A stretch of 64,000 bases of DNA from a virus (IMGVR_UViG_3300020576_002361:14976-78975), one strand, 5' to 3'. Positions 36,840 through 46,002 are shown, counted from the stretch's first letter. The notes: generated from the sequence alone by a model not told the origin. Numbers and translations: made by a program.

Positions 36840-38792
36840 TCAAGACATCTTGCTGAAATTGTTCTTCTTTTCCACTCTAATAGATCTGTCAAATTTGTCT
36901 GTTAATATATCTCCCTTATGGGAAATAACGAATACGTGAGTATTCACACTAAGATGCTTGAGTAACTTCAGAAAATCTTCTGTTCCAGAAGCATCCAATG
37001 AGCTATCAAATACCTCATCCAATATAAGGATATTAGTATTAGTGCTGTTCTTGGCTCTTGCTATTTCTCTCCAGGTTAACATCAAAGCCATATCGATTCT
37101 GAATTTCTCGCCTTCAGAAAACGAGTTATACTCAAAGTCATCTCGGTGCCTACTCTTTATCTTTTCCTTAAACGATTCATCTAGGTTGAAATTAACAAAG
37201 AAATCCATAGCACTCAAATACTTGTTAATATACTTGTTCATAAGAGGCAGATACTGCTTGACTATTTTGGACTTAATACCGTTATCTTTCAATAAAACTT
37301 GAATAATATCGTAGTCATATTTTCTCAGCATTATCTCTTCTTTTTTAGCGAGATTATCCTTTATATTCTTTCTGAGTAACTCTACCTTTTCCTCTTCCTC
37401 CTTTATAGTTTCATCTATATTTAGGTCCAATGTGTTTCGGATTTTAAGTATGTAGTTATTTGACTCGGAAATCCTAACATCAATCATAGAAATACTAGAA
37501 GATATATCCTGAATTTCTCTTAATATTTGCTTAGCAGCATCGATATTTTTTCTTGTTTTGTCTATCTTCTTGTCTATCTTGGTTACAGCAGAGTTGATTT
37601 CTTCTAACTTCTTAGACATAGAACTGACTGTCTCGTCTCTGAATAGAGCATCTATAGCTCTTTTACAAGTAGGACAGGAATCATTTTCATTATAAAATTG
37701 AATAGACTTAGTTATATTCTTTCCTTCTGTTCCTATAGTAATACGTAGGGAAGTAAATTCCTTTATTTCATCTTCGCATTTAGAAAAAGGCAGCAAAGAT
37801 TCTTTCTTTTCTTCTAACACTTTCATCAATGCTTTCTTTTCTTCCGCAAGCTTAGCATTAGAAGACTCGGCTTCCTTTATTTGTTGTATCTTCTCTTGTC
37901 TATCTTTATTATTTCTGGACTTCAGCTTAGCTATGTGGTCTTCATGAATCTTACATTTTCCTTCATCAGAAGAGATTTCAGATTCTATGGATTTTATATC
38001 CTCTCTTAGGAGAGAATACTTTTCCTTTAGAACTCCATTCATTCTAGTGAAAACCTTAAGATCCAACAGCTCCTCGATCACTTCTCGTCGTTGGCTGCTC
38101 GTTAACTGCATAAATGGGACATAGTTAGCAGAACCCAAGACTACCAATTGAGCAAAAGAATCAAAGTTAAGCTTCAATATGTTTTGCTCTAGATGCTTCT
38201 GATAGTCTAGATTCTTAGCGTCTTGATTTAAAAGTACACCGTCGCAATAGATCTCAAATACAACTGGTTTTAATCCACGTATTATTTTATATTCTTGCTT
38301 TCCTACGCTAAACTCTAACTCAGTAATACAATCTTTATCATTTATGCTATTCACTATTCTGGGTTTGTTTATAAATCTATAAGCCCTACCGAATAGCGCA
38401 AAGGTCAACGCACACAAGAATGTGGAATTGTGTGACACTATTCCATTAGTATAATATTCCTTTACTGTGTTTACCTGTAAATCATATAAATCTTCTGTAA
38501 ATTCGCAACAAGAAACACGTCTGATCTCTTTTTTGCCTGTTTTTGTTAAAACAATATCACCAACTTGACAATCTTTCAGTTTTTTCCATCCGTTGTTTAC
38601 AAAAATCTTATGATCCGGAGAACCTTCCAAATATTGATCTTCTGTTTCTATCTTTAAGATAGGCGAATCATAAGCCGTAATATCCGCCCATTCTATGTCA
38701 TAAAACCCATGACGAGTTTCGACTTTTATCTTACCAATACAATCGGGATTTTGTTGGTAAAATTCTACTATATCTCCAACGGTGCATTTCAT
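36840..38792 (-). CDS. 46: gp46 (Rad50/SbcC-like) C-terminal part fused to split-intein C-fragment
   Basis: 122-aa intein fragment (SPDHK, LYDLQV, YYTNGIVSHN), then STFLCALTFALFG...CPTC...FSEGEK...LILDEVFDSSLD. Confidence 0.93.
   Translation of the reverse strand: MKCTVGDIVEFYQQNPDCIGKIKVETRHGFYDIEWADITAYDSPILKIETEDQYLEGSPDHKIFVNNGWKKLKDCQVGDIVLTKTGKKEIRRVSCCEFTEDLYDLQVNTVKEYYTNGIVSHNSTFLCALTFALFGRAYRFINKPRIVNSINDKDCITELEFSVGKQEYKIIRGLKPVVFEIYCDGVLLNQDAKNLDYQKHLEQNILKLNFDSFAQLVVLGSANYVPFMQLTSSQRREVIEELLDLKVFTRMNGVLKEKYSLLREDIKSIESEISSDEGKCKIHEDHIAKLKSRNNKDRQEKIQQIKEAESSNAKLAEEKKALMKVLEEKKESLLPFSKCEDEIKEFTSLRITIGTEGKNITKSIQFYNENDSCPTCKRAIDALFRDETVSSMSKKLEEINSAVTKIDKKIDKTRKNIDAAKQILREIQDISSSISMIDVRISESNNYILKIRNTLDLNIDETIKEEEEKVELLRKNIKDNLAKKEEIMLRKYDYDIIQVLLKDNGIKSKIVKQYLPLMNKYINKYLSAMDFFVNFNLDESFKEKIKSRHRDDFEYNSFSEGEKFRIDMALMLTWREIARAKNSTNTNILILDEVFDSSLDASGTEDFLKLLKHLSVNTHVFVISHKGDILTDKFDRSIRVEKKNNFSKMS
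38427..38792 (-). mobile_element. Split intein C-fragment (gp46)
   Basis: Block B TxxH-like motif (GSPDH), blocks F/G ending HN, followed by +1 Ser. Confidence 0.9.
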
Positions 38793-38858
38793 AATAAAGT
38801 TTCCACAAAAGTATCACATTCCTCTTTATTCCACAACAAACGCACTGAAATAACCGGA

Positions 38859-39077
38859 TCAGGGAAGATTTTGCCTATTTTTCAAAAATTCTTCAAATTT
38901 TTGCTTTACAGCAGGGTCTTCTATAGAAATATCTATTTCCGTAAGCTTTCTCACACATTTACCTTGACCATTTTGACCAGAAATCAAAGTAGTAGGAGAT
39001 TGCGTAAGGTCTACTTCAGTCCAGTAGTTACCATACGAAAGAAAATTCTTCCATTTTACTTTTTTGAAACAAATCAA
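38859..39077 (-). CDS. 46: gp46 N-terminal part (Walker A) fused to 32-aa split-intein N-fragment
   Basis: FKKVKWKNFLSYGN...LISGQNGQGK|CVRKLTEIDISIEDP...; intein Cys1 at 38957. Confidence 0.92.
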   Translation of the reverse strand: MICFKKVKWKNFLSYGNYWTEVDLTQSPTTLISGQNGQGKCVRKLTEIDISIEDPAVKQKFEEFLKNRQNLP

Positions 39078-39080
39078 ACA

Positions 39081-40139
39081 TTACTCCTTGTCTTCAGAAG
39101 ACAAATCATAACTTTCATTATACAAATCATTTATTATAGTTTTTAACCTATCAGCACAAACATCAGTTAGAGAATCTATTTCCTTAGAAATGATGCTAAC
39201 GGTGTCCTGTGTCTGGTCAACTGTATCAGTTGTATCTACAAAGAGGTCAACCTCTTCGATGATGTTAAATTCCGCTAGATTGGCTTGATAAAATCGATCA
39301 ATTATTTTTTCAAGATCTTTTGGTTTTGTTTTCTTTCTCACCACAAACTTTACATAGCAATCTTTATACTTATCATAATCATAAACAGGAACAGAAGTGG
39401 TGTCATCGTAAACCAGCCTATAGAATATCTTATATGGATTTTCAATAAACTCTAAATCTCCGTTACTTAAGTCTATTGTATGAAATCCTTTGCGTTCGTC
39501 TACATCTGCGAACGTCATATCATACTGAGTTCCAAGGTAGTATATCTGCCCATCATCATGCTTCTGGTGAAAGTGTCCAGAGAAGACCTTGTGAAACATA
39601 CCAACTTCTTCTTTATCTATTCCTTCTTCGCTTAAGATACCACGAAGAACCTGAAAACCCTTGATTGCGAAGTGACCAAATGACAAGGTAGACTTTGTTT
39701 CCTTGACAAAATCATGAAATCTAGACATATTATTGTCGTTTAACCATGGAATCAAAGCTACGGTGTTGCCTTCTATAGAAACATCCGTTGGCTCGGAATA
39801 CACCTTTACGTTAGGATAGTGTGAGTATAACTCCGTGGTGGAGTTTACTTCGGAAGTATTACGGAATACAATATCATGATTACCAAGAATCATGTGAAGA
39901 GTTATTCCCATTTTCATTAATGGTTCAAAGAACTCTGTTCTGCTAAACCGCAAAGTCTCTATATTTACATACTTCCTCTTATCCAGAAAATCACCAAGAA
40001 AGATGATAGTCTTGATGTCGTGTTCCTTAATATAAGGAAGTAGCAGATTATCCAAAAATGTCTTAATGTAAATACGGAATACAGGAGAATCCGATTTTAG
40101 CCCAAAATGCAGGTCATTTAATAACAACACCTTACTCAA
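39081..40139 (-). CDS. 47: gp47 recombination nuclease (Mre11/SbcD-like)
   Basis: LNDLHFG, LGDFLD.RK, ILGNHD, FGHFAI.GF, SGHFH. Confidence 0.95.
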   Translation of the reverse strand: MSKVLLLNDLHFGLKSDSPVFRIYIKTFLDNLLLPYIKEHDIKTIIFLGDFLDKRKYVNIETLRFSRTEFFEPLMKMGITLHMILGNHDIVFRNTSEVNSTTELYSHYPNVKVYSEPTDVSIEGNTVALIPWLNDNNMSRFHDFVKETKSTLSFGHFAIKGFQVLRGILSEEGIDKEEVGMFHKVFSGHFHQKHDDGQIYYLGTQYDMTFADVDERKGFHTIDLSNGDLEFIENPYKIFYRLVYDDTTSVPVYDYDKYKDCYVKFVVRKKTKPKDLEKIIDRFYQANLAEFNIIEEVDLFVDTTDTVDQTQDTVSIISKEIDSLTDVCADRLKTIINDLYNESYDLSSEDKE

Positions 40140-40765
40140 GGATCTTTCTCCATAAACTCATTCAACGGAGATATTTTCTTTGGTTTTTGGTTCTTATTTT
40201 CTTTAATTTTACTGGTTTTCTTATCGAAATATTCTACATCATTTTCATTAAGTTTAAAGAATTCTGCGTATATGTTATTCTTATCCGGATCTATCTCATA
40301 CTTCTTGATTATGTGATCCTTCAAGGCTCCAGTAGTGTCAGCCCTTTCAAACAACTTCATCTTTACATAACATTGCTTCTTTTCCTTTTGGATCCTTCGC
40401 AAGAAGGCAAAGAATATGATTTGTGTAATATACGCAAAAGGATTCTTGGATTTCTCTGGATCAAAGTTATCCAGGTACATTATGGCATTTTCTATGCCAT
40501 CGGAGACCATTTCTTCGCGAAACGTATACCCTGCAAAATTTGGTCTAGATGATAGCCTTTCCGCAATTTTAAGGATTGCTGAACCTATGTACTCCGAAAT
40601 CCTAGGTCGTGTAGTAAGTTCACCGGACGCAAACTTATTCATCTCTGTCTTATAAAGAATCATTTCTTTTAATAAAGTGTCATTATTTACATAATGGTTT
40701 GCGGTACACTCCTTTTCAATAACTACTATTTCTTCTTCCGCCTTCTGTATTATTTCTTCTTTCAT
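40136..40765 (-). CDS. 55: Late sigma factor gp55
   Basis: HYVNNDTLL, YTFREEMVSDGIEN, KSKNPFAYITQIIFFAFLRRIQKEKKQ. Likely start MKEEII at 40765. Confidence 0.95.
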   Translation of the reverse strand: MKEEIIQKAEEEIVVIEKECTANHYVNNDTLLKEMILYKTEMNKFASGELTTRPRISEYIGSAILKIAERLSSRPNFAGYTFREEMVSDGIENAIMYLDNFDPEKSKNPFAYITQIIFFAFLRRIQKEKKQCYVKMKLFERADTTGALKDHIIKKYEIDPDKNNIYAEFFKLNENDVEYFDKKTSKIKENKNQKPKKISPLNEFMEKDP

Positions 40766-40789
40766 TGTAGACCCTTTGTGTACTAGTGT

Positions 40790-40817
40790 ATTATAGTACA
40801 CCTTTGTTCAAAGTCAA
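40790..40817 (-). promoter_or_regulatory. Sigma70-like promoter TTGACT-N16-TATAAT for gp55
   Basis: + strand ATTATA 40790-40795, AGTCAA 40812-40817. Confidence 0.8.
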
Positions 40818-40819
40818 GT

Positions 40820-41102
40820 CCTTCGCTGAGGCTTTGCGAAGCGATTTGCGAAGCAAACAATGAAATCCATTACGAATAGAATACCTCTACTAAAAACCAC
40901 TTTAATAGTTCTCTCTGGATTTTAAAGAACCAGTCAACTTCACCTGTGCGACTCCGCAAAGCCTCCGTCACAAAGATCTCGTCGCTTCGCTCCTCGATCT
41001 TGGTTGTTTTGTTTTTCAAGAAAATTAGGTTTTACAAAACCTGGGTTCTGGGTTACCTGGTTACTCAAGGTACTGTACCCTGGTTACTCAGTTCTTCCTA
41101 AC
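40820..41102 (-). other. Promoter-driven non-coding structured interval (candidate ncRNA or origin)
   Basis: No >=60-aa ORF on the transcribed strand; 11-bp inverted repeat at 40828-40838/40955-40965; AAGATC/GATCTT hairpin; short CTGG(G)TT repeats. Confidence 0.5.
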
Positions 41103-41108
41103 TGGGTG

Positions 41109-41137
41109 ATTATATGCTCGCTGGATACAAAAGTCAA
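41109..41137 (-). promoter_or_regulatory. Sigma70-like promoter TTGACT-N17-TATAAT firing into the non-coding interval
   Basis: + strand ATTATA 41109-41114, AGTCAA 41132-41137. Confidence 0.75.
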
Positions 41138-41156
41138 GGAAGAAATAGAAATATTT

Positions 41157-41597
41157 TCAATCAATATTGAACCTTGGTTTGTGTTGCCAAGAATCTGGAT
41201 TCTTCATATCTCTATCATATTCCTCGTCAGCGTCTAGCTTATGCGATGTCATTCCAGATTTTATATTAGATAGTGCCATCTTCTTGTTTATAGAGTCTTC
41301 TCTAGCCATGGCTTCTGTATACATGGCTAAGACATCGGAATCTGGGTCAGCAAAGGTTACTATCATTGATCTAGGAAGAAAATAGAACTCGTCAGATGAG
41401 TATTCTATCCAAGTTTTTAGCATTATGGTTGTTTTCTTAACTTTCCATGCTTTATCGAATATAGTCTCTGTGCTGATTACCATAGGTCGTTGTAGTATGA
41501 ATGAATTTTTGTCTCTTGATAATCCAGCTATTAGAGTCTCGCCTGTAGATATCCTGATAATTTTGTATTTCGCGGAAGATTGAGATTTATCGCTCAT
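41157..41597 (-). CDS. T4-like Sm-like fold protein
   Basis: YKIIRISTGETLIA...RPM...LKTWIEYS, located downstream of uvsW as in T4-like phages. Confidence 0.65.
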   Translation of the reverse strand: MSDKSQSSAKYKIIRISTGETLIAGLSRDKNSFILQRPMVISTETIFDKAWKVKKTTIMLKTWIEYSSDEFYFLPRSMIVTFADPDSDVLAMYTEAMAREDSINKKMALSNIKSGMTSHKLDADEEYDRDMKNPDSWQHKPRFNID

Positions 41598-41608
41598 ATA
41601 GAAATCCT

Positions 41609-43123
41609 TTATATTCTGATTGTAAACATATCAAAGTCAAACTGCTCCTCATTGTAAATCTTCAATCTATCCATAAAATGCTTTAATGTATAGTTTACAT
41701 GAGATTTGTGATGAAGATCGTCTGAAATATCATAGAGAGTTGCTATTTTCTTGTCATCTGCTTTTCTTAGCTGTCTACCGATGCTTTGTAACACTCTTAT
41801 TCGACTTTTTGACGGAGAGGCAAAGATAATATTATGCAGTTTCTTAATATTAATTCCGATGGAAAATACACCTACCGAAGCAACTATGATAGCATTGTCT
41901 TCTAGTTCCGTGAGAGTTCTAACTGATTCTCTGACCTCGGCTTCGGTTTTACCGTGAACAAAGAAAACCTTTCTATCTTCAGGAACCTTAGACTTTATCA
42001 GCTCGTAAAGTACTTCTCCGTGCTTTTCTACGAACTGAAACAAAACCAACGTATTACCCTTTATTGTAGTAGCCAAGTCTGATATAAAGCTATTTCTCTT
42101 ATCATGAAAAACTAAGTATTCTAGTTCTTCTTGATAAGATTTGCCCTTCATATTTAGGCAATCTTCTTCTTTGTGTTTTAGAGTAATACAGTTTATTTTT
42201 AGAGCAGAAAGAAGGTCTTTATCCATCAACTCTTTGGTAGAAATAACCTTTTGTACTTTACCGGTTAAGCCTTCTATGACCAGTTTGTTGGTGAGCATAC
42301 CGTCAAGCGTACCAGTTAAACCGACTTTAATAGGACTGCGTGTGCATGACTCGAATATGGATGTAATTGACTTGCTTTTTGCGGAGTGAACTTCGTCGCA
42401 TATAACTACAGAAAACTGATCAAAGTACTCTTTTGGTTGATTAATGGCTGATTGCCATGTAGTTATTACAACACTCTTATTTGTTGTTTTCTCTTGACCA
42501 GAGTATATACAATGACAGTTGTTATCTGTACTCCATTTATTTAGAGCAGAGTATTCCTTGAAGTCGTTAAACATCTGTGTTACTAGAGATACGGTAGGAA
42601 CTATAAGAAGAACTTTACCTTCTAGATTATCCAGATAAAATCTTATTAGTCCATAGATAATAAGACTCTTGCCAGACCCAGTTGGGGAAAGCAACAAGCC
42701 TCTAGCGTTTTCTAGTATATACTTGACTCCTTCTACTTGATGATCCATAGCAGTAAGAAGACTGCCTTTGTACGCAGGCTGAAGTTCTTTGAAGAAGGCT
42801 TGTATCTGTTCAGTAGTGAATACAAATCTTGGAGTTTTCTTGAATAACTCTGGATCTAAACCTACTGTATAGTTTCTAGACTTAGCAAATTCCAATATAT
42901 GAGAAAGCAACCCTTTGTATATTAGCTTAGTTCCAAGCGAAAACAGTCTTATTTTACCATCCCATATCTTTGCTTTTACTTTAGGATGAAAGCGGTGATT
43001 GGGTACGTAAAAAGTAAAAGCCTCGCTAAGTTCGACTAGTTTGCCGAAATCTTGCGAGGATATTTTTACGTAAACGTGATCGTGGTTATGTACTTCTAAG
43101 TCATTCATTTCAAGAGATACCAT
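41609..43123 (-). CDS. uvsW: UvsW SF2 DNA helicase
   Basis: WDGKIRLF, SPTGSGKS, CDEVH, GLTGTL, QSIGRQLRK. Confidence 0.96.
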   Translation of the reverse strand: MVSLEMNDLEVHNHDHVYVKISSQDFGKLVELSEAFTFYVPNHRFHPKVKAKIWDGKIRLFSLGTKLIYKGLLSHILEFAKSRNYTVGLDPELFKKTPRFVFTTEQIQAFFKELQPAYKGSLLTAMDHQVEGVKYILENARGLLLSPTGSGKSLIIYGLIRFYLDNLEGKVLLIVPTVSLVTQMFNDFKEYSALNKWSTDNNCHCIYSGQEKTTNKSVVITTWQSAINQPKEYFDQFSVVICDEVHSAKSKSITSIFESCTRSPIKVGLTGTLDGMLTNKLVIEGLTGKVQKVISTKELMDKDLLSALKINCITLKHKEEDCLNMKGKSYQEELEYLVFHDKRNSFISDLATTIKGNTLVLFQFVEKHGEVLYELIKSKVPEDRKVFFVHGKTEAEVRESVRTLTELEDNAIIVASVGVFSIGINIKKLHNIIFASPSKSRIRVLQSIGRQLRKADDKKIATLYDISDDLHHKSHVNYTLKHFMDRLKIYNEEQFDFDMFTIRI

Positions 43124-43547
43124 TTGTAAATTTTCGCCAGTCGATTATAGATCTTATAACCCACTGCCTATTATTTATCTCTTTGATAACGCCTTCCAAA
43201 TACTCCAATTTATATTTCTGAAGGTCTAGTTTTACCTTCAATTCTATTAACTGTTGATCGGCATTAATGTAAATATCAAGATCGCTCTTTAGTATCTTCA
43301 ACGGAAAAGGATCTATGTTGAGTTTGGTTAAGACCTCTTCGTCGATTTTGCCGGTATAATATTCCCACTTAAACTTCAACATCTCGGCGTATTCTTTTTC
43401 CAGCTTCTTGTAAATATACTTCTCGTCTAAGAATATTCCAAGATATTTACCGTGAAGCTGTGGTATTCTAATGGCTTCGACATCTAGCTGTAAAGAATCC
43501 AGTTGTGTATCTTTGTCTACGAGTTCTTTCAATTTTTCAATATTCAT
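43110..43547 (-). CDS. uvsY: UvsY recombination mediator
   Basis: IPQLHGKY...KWEYYTGK...IKEINNRQWVIRSIIDWRKF. Confidence 0.92.
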   Translation of the reverse strand: MNIEKLKELVDKDTQLDSLQLDVEAIRIPQLHGKYLGIFLDEKYIYKKLEKEYAEMLKFKWEYYTGKIDEEVLTKLNIDPFPLKILKSDLDIYINADQQLIELKVKLDLQKYKLEYLEGVIKEINNRQWVIRSIIDWRKFTNGIS

Positions 43548-43562
43548 TATATAATCCTAAAG

Positions 43563-44081
43563 TCATTGTTCTTTTATTTGATATGTAGTAAATGCTAGTT
43601 CCACGGTGGAAAGAAGAATGTTTGTTTCCGTAGCTGCTGAGTCGAACTCGACGTAAGATAGACTTACTGGAAAGCAGTTAGAAAACTCAACCTTGTGTGA
43701 TATGTTATGCGTGTTGGTGAGAATAGTCAAGAGAACATCATCTGAAAAGTGCGTTTCTTGAGGTCTGTACTCTAAGTGGTCAGTATAGTTCGAACACTGT
43801 AAGATCCAGTTTCGGATCTCTTTCCAGTTTTCTAAGTTCTCGTCTACTATGAAAGATACCGAAAGGTTCTGGTGTTCTACTTCACCTGCGGGTCTCTTTA
43901 TAGTATTGAATGGGGTTCTTTGATTAGCTACACCAATAGAAAGACCAGGTAACAACACACTTTGGCACATGTAGGTAGTGTTTGGTAATCTCTTTACCAT
44001 CATCCTAAATCTAGTCGAAAACAAGTTATTCTTGTTTTGTGGTTGATTTTGATACAAACCAAAAGCCAGATCTTCGTTCAT
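43563..44081 (-). CDS. 3: Tail completion / tube terminator protein gp3
   Basis: NNLFSTRFRM..KRLPNTTYMCQSVLLPG...FIVDENLENWKEI..WI...FPVSLS. Confidence 0.88.
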   Translation of the reverse strand: MNEDLAFGLYQNQPQNKNNLFSTRFRMMVKRLPNTTYMCQSVLLPGLSIGVANQRTPFNTIKRPAGEVEHQNLSVSFIVDENLENWKEIRNWILQCSNYTDHLEYRPQETHFSDDVLLTILTNTHNISHKVEFSNCFPVSLSYVEFDSAATETNILLSTVELAFTTYQIKEQ

Positions 44082-44265
44082 TTGCTTACCTTCTTATTTT
44101 AGCACATGCGTATATTTTAGAAATATCGATGGAGTTTTTCCATGACATATCTGGAATATTTCGAATATGCTTGCTTGAAGTTTTGATCAAAAAAGCCCAC
44201 AGTGGTACCATAACGTACCATCTATTTTTCCATATTTTAGTTAGTAACATACTATTGTATTTATA

Positions 44266-44547
44266 TCAAGCGTTATAGATATTGGGTGCTGCTGTCTTGT
44301 TCTTGGTTGGCTGCTGAGGTGTGTTGCCGGTTGGTCCAGTTAAAGAGAGCAACAGACATTGAGCAACTAACTGCGCACGGTTGATATCTTGACCTATTGG
44401 GGTTTGTAAAATTAAGTAAGTTATTGCGTCTTTGAAGCTTATCAAAGACGAAAGATTATACATTTGTTGCGATGTAGTACCATAATTTTGAATAATCAAT
44501 GCGGTCGGATTACTAAACTCTTGGTTACCTACATATAGTTGATACAT
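44266..44547 (-). CDS. Hypothetical late protein
   Basis: 93-aa ORF directly after a TATAAATA promoter. Confidence 0.7.
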   Translation of the reverse strand: MYQLYVGNQEFSNPTALIIQNYGTTSQQMYNLSSLISFKDAITYLILQTPIGQDINRAQLVAQCLLLSLTGPTGNTPQQPTKNKTAAPNIYNA

Positions 44548-44564
44548 GTATAATCCTTTTTATA

Positions 44565-44572
44565 TATTTATA
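44565..44572 (-). promoter_or_regulatory. T4-type late promoter TATAAATA
   Basis: + strand TATTTATA, 18 nt upstream of ORF 44547. Confidence 0.8.
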
Positions 44573-44575
44573 AAA

Positions 44576-45142
44576 TCAAATATTTAAGTTGGATTTTACA
44601 ATGTTCAATAACGACGGCATATCAAAGGATGTGACTTCTATATAAGGGAATTCCAAATTTTTTAGGGTGAGTCTAGCCATTGTATCAAGATTTATTGCTT
44701 CATCCAGTGATTGAAATCGACCTTTTCCGTTATATGGCTTATCGTGATCTCTTACCAGCATGACATGAAGAGCTGGATACTTGGCTTCGAAGGCTAGAGC
44801 TGCTTGCTTTAGCTCAGACCTACAATCCAAGTTATAAGCTACCGTGTACATATAAGAAAGCGGTAGTGGAGAATCTGTTATGATTACATCTACTCCATTC
44901 TTTAAGCATACTTCTTCTGATCTCATTTGCTTAGAAAAGATATAAAACTGATCGAATCCAGTTATTTTTCTTCCTTCCCAAGCCCATGTTTTAACGTATT
45001 CTCTAACTAGCTCGTATTGCTTTACGTGGTTGTTGCTATTACTATGCATTTTCATTTCATAGTATAGCCCGGCTGCCATAGTAGACTTACCAGTACCAGG
45101 ACCGCCGTATAAGTTTATTCTTCTAATCGTCATATCGTGCAT
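44576..45142 (-). CDS. P-loop NMP-kinase/AAA_28-like protein
   Basis: INLYGGPGTGKST, EYVK.WAWE, ITDSPL, GR.Q. Confidence 0.85.
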   Translation of the reverse strand: MHDMTIRRINLYGGPGTGKSTMAAGLYYEMKMHSNSNNHVKQYELVREYVKTWAWEGRKITGFDQFYIFSKQMRSEEVCLKNGVDVIITDSPLPLSYMYTVAYNLDCRSELKQAALAFEAKYPALHVMLVRDHDKPYNGKGRFQSLDEAINLDTMARLTLKNLEFPYIEVTSFDMPSLLNIVKSNLNI

Positions 45143-45617
45143 CCCTATGATGTAAAATTGTTATACCATTAAGATGGTCTATTTCGTGTTGTAAACAAAT
45201 GGATTCCAGTCCATCTAACTCAAAGAACTCTTCTATATTAGAAATAGGTGTGTGCGAGAAGGTGGACTTATTCCATCTTCTGACACAAACATATTTATTT
45301 GGAATAGACAGACAACCCTCTTCCGTAACAATAGTATTCCCCTCTTCTGCGCTGGCTCCTATCCACTTAGGATTGATATAAGATTTTATATTACCATTGC
45401 ATTTAGTAATAGCAACTCTGAGATCAACGCCTATTTGGTTAGCGGCTAACCCAATACCGCCTTCGGCTATCATGACTTCAGTCATTCTTTCTATAAGTTC
45501 ATTTACCGTATCTATCATAACCAGATCATCCATATTTACCCAGTTGCACGGTCGAAGTAATGTATGATGAGGATATGTTACTAGATTATGCCCGCTAAAT
45601 TGATTCTTCTTTTTCAT
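45123..45617 (-). CDS. def: Peptide deformylase
   Basis: GIGLAANQIG, EGCLSIP, QHEIDHLNG. Start position uncertain. Confidence 0.93.
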   Translation of the reverse strand: MKKKNQFSGHNLVTYPHHTLLRPCNWVNMDDLVMIDTVNELIERMTEVMIAEGGIGLAANQIGVDLRVAITKCNGNIKSYINPKWIGASAEEGNTIVTEEGCLSIPNKYVCVRRWNKSTFSHTPISNIEEFFELDGLESICLQHEIDHLNGITILHHRDARYDD

Positions 45618-45969
45618 ATGCTTTTTTTATTTTCCAAAGAACTTCGGCTTGACAGAGATGCCCTGGTTGACCAAACATATCAGATAGACCAGATTTGGAT
45701 AGCAAAATGGGCACAAGATTTTGTTCATGTACCCACTCCCACCACCATTTATGGTATTGTTCTTTACATTCTTTTATATTGATTGGGGTTTTGCCCTTGG
45801 CTTCTTTCCAGCTTAACCCCGTGGAGCCATCTGGAAAGATTTTCATAGCCTGGTACGCTTCTTCGATGGATCTTCCACCAAGAGATTTTGGTCTAGCGTA
45901 GAAAGCAGAAAATCGCTTATCCCCTCTAGACGAACACTCGTAATACGGTTCGTGCCCATATTTTAGCAT
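45595..45969 (-). CDS. NADAR-like protein (putative ADP-ribosylhydrolase)
   Basis: RFSAFY...GRSIEEAYQAMKIF resembles the NADAR FSNFY...EHYYQAxKF motif. Confidence 0.5.
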   Translation of the reverse strand: MLKYGHEPYYECSSRGDKRFSAFYARPKSLGGRSIEEAYQAMKIFPDGSTGLSWKEAKGKTPINIKECKEQYHKWWWEWVHEQNLVPILLSKSGLSDMFGQPGHLCQAEVLWKIKKAYEKEESI

Positions 45970-45974
45970 ATGTT

Positions 45975-46002
45975 ATTGTAGATCAATGGAAAGAAAAGTC
46001 AA
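45975..46002 (-). promoter_or_regulatory. Sigma70-like promoter TTGACT-N16-TACAAT
   Basis: + strand ATTGTA 45975-45980, AGTCAA 45997-46002. Confidence 0.7.

Noticed and set aside
38793-38858. Stop readthrough or frameshift joining the two gp46 ORFs (they are in the same frame)
   Set aside because: Three in-frame stops (TGA, TAA, TGA) separate them, and the second ORF has its own ATG. Trans-splicing explains the layout.
41030-41100. Mini-CRISPR array
   Set aside because: The repeats are only 7-11 nt, irregularly spaced, and have no spacer-length intervals.
44085-44252. Possible 54-aa ORF (MLLTKIWKNRW...) between ORF 44266 and gp3
   Set aside because: No clear RBS or motif, and competing short frames exist, so it could not be supported.
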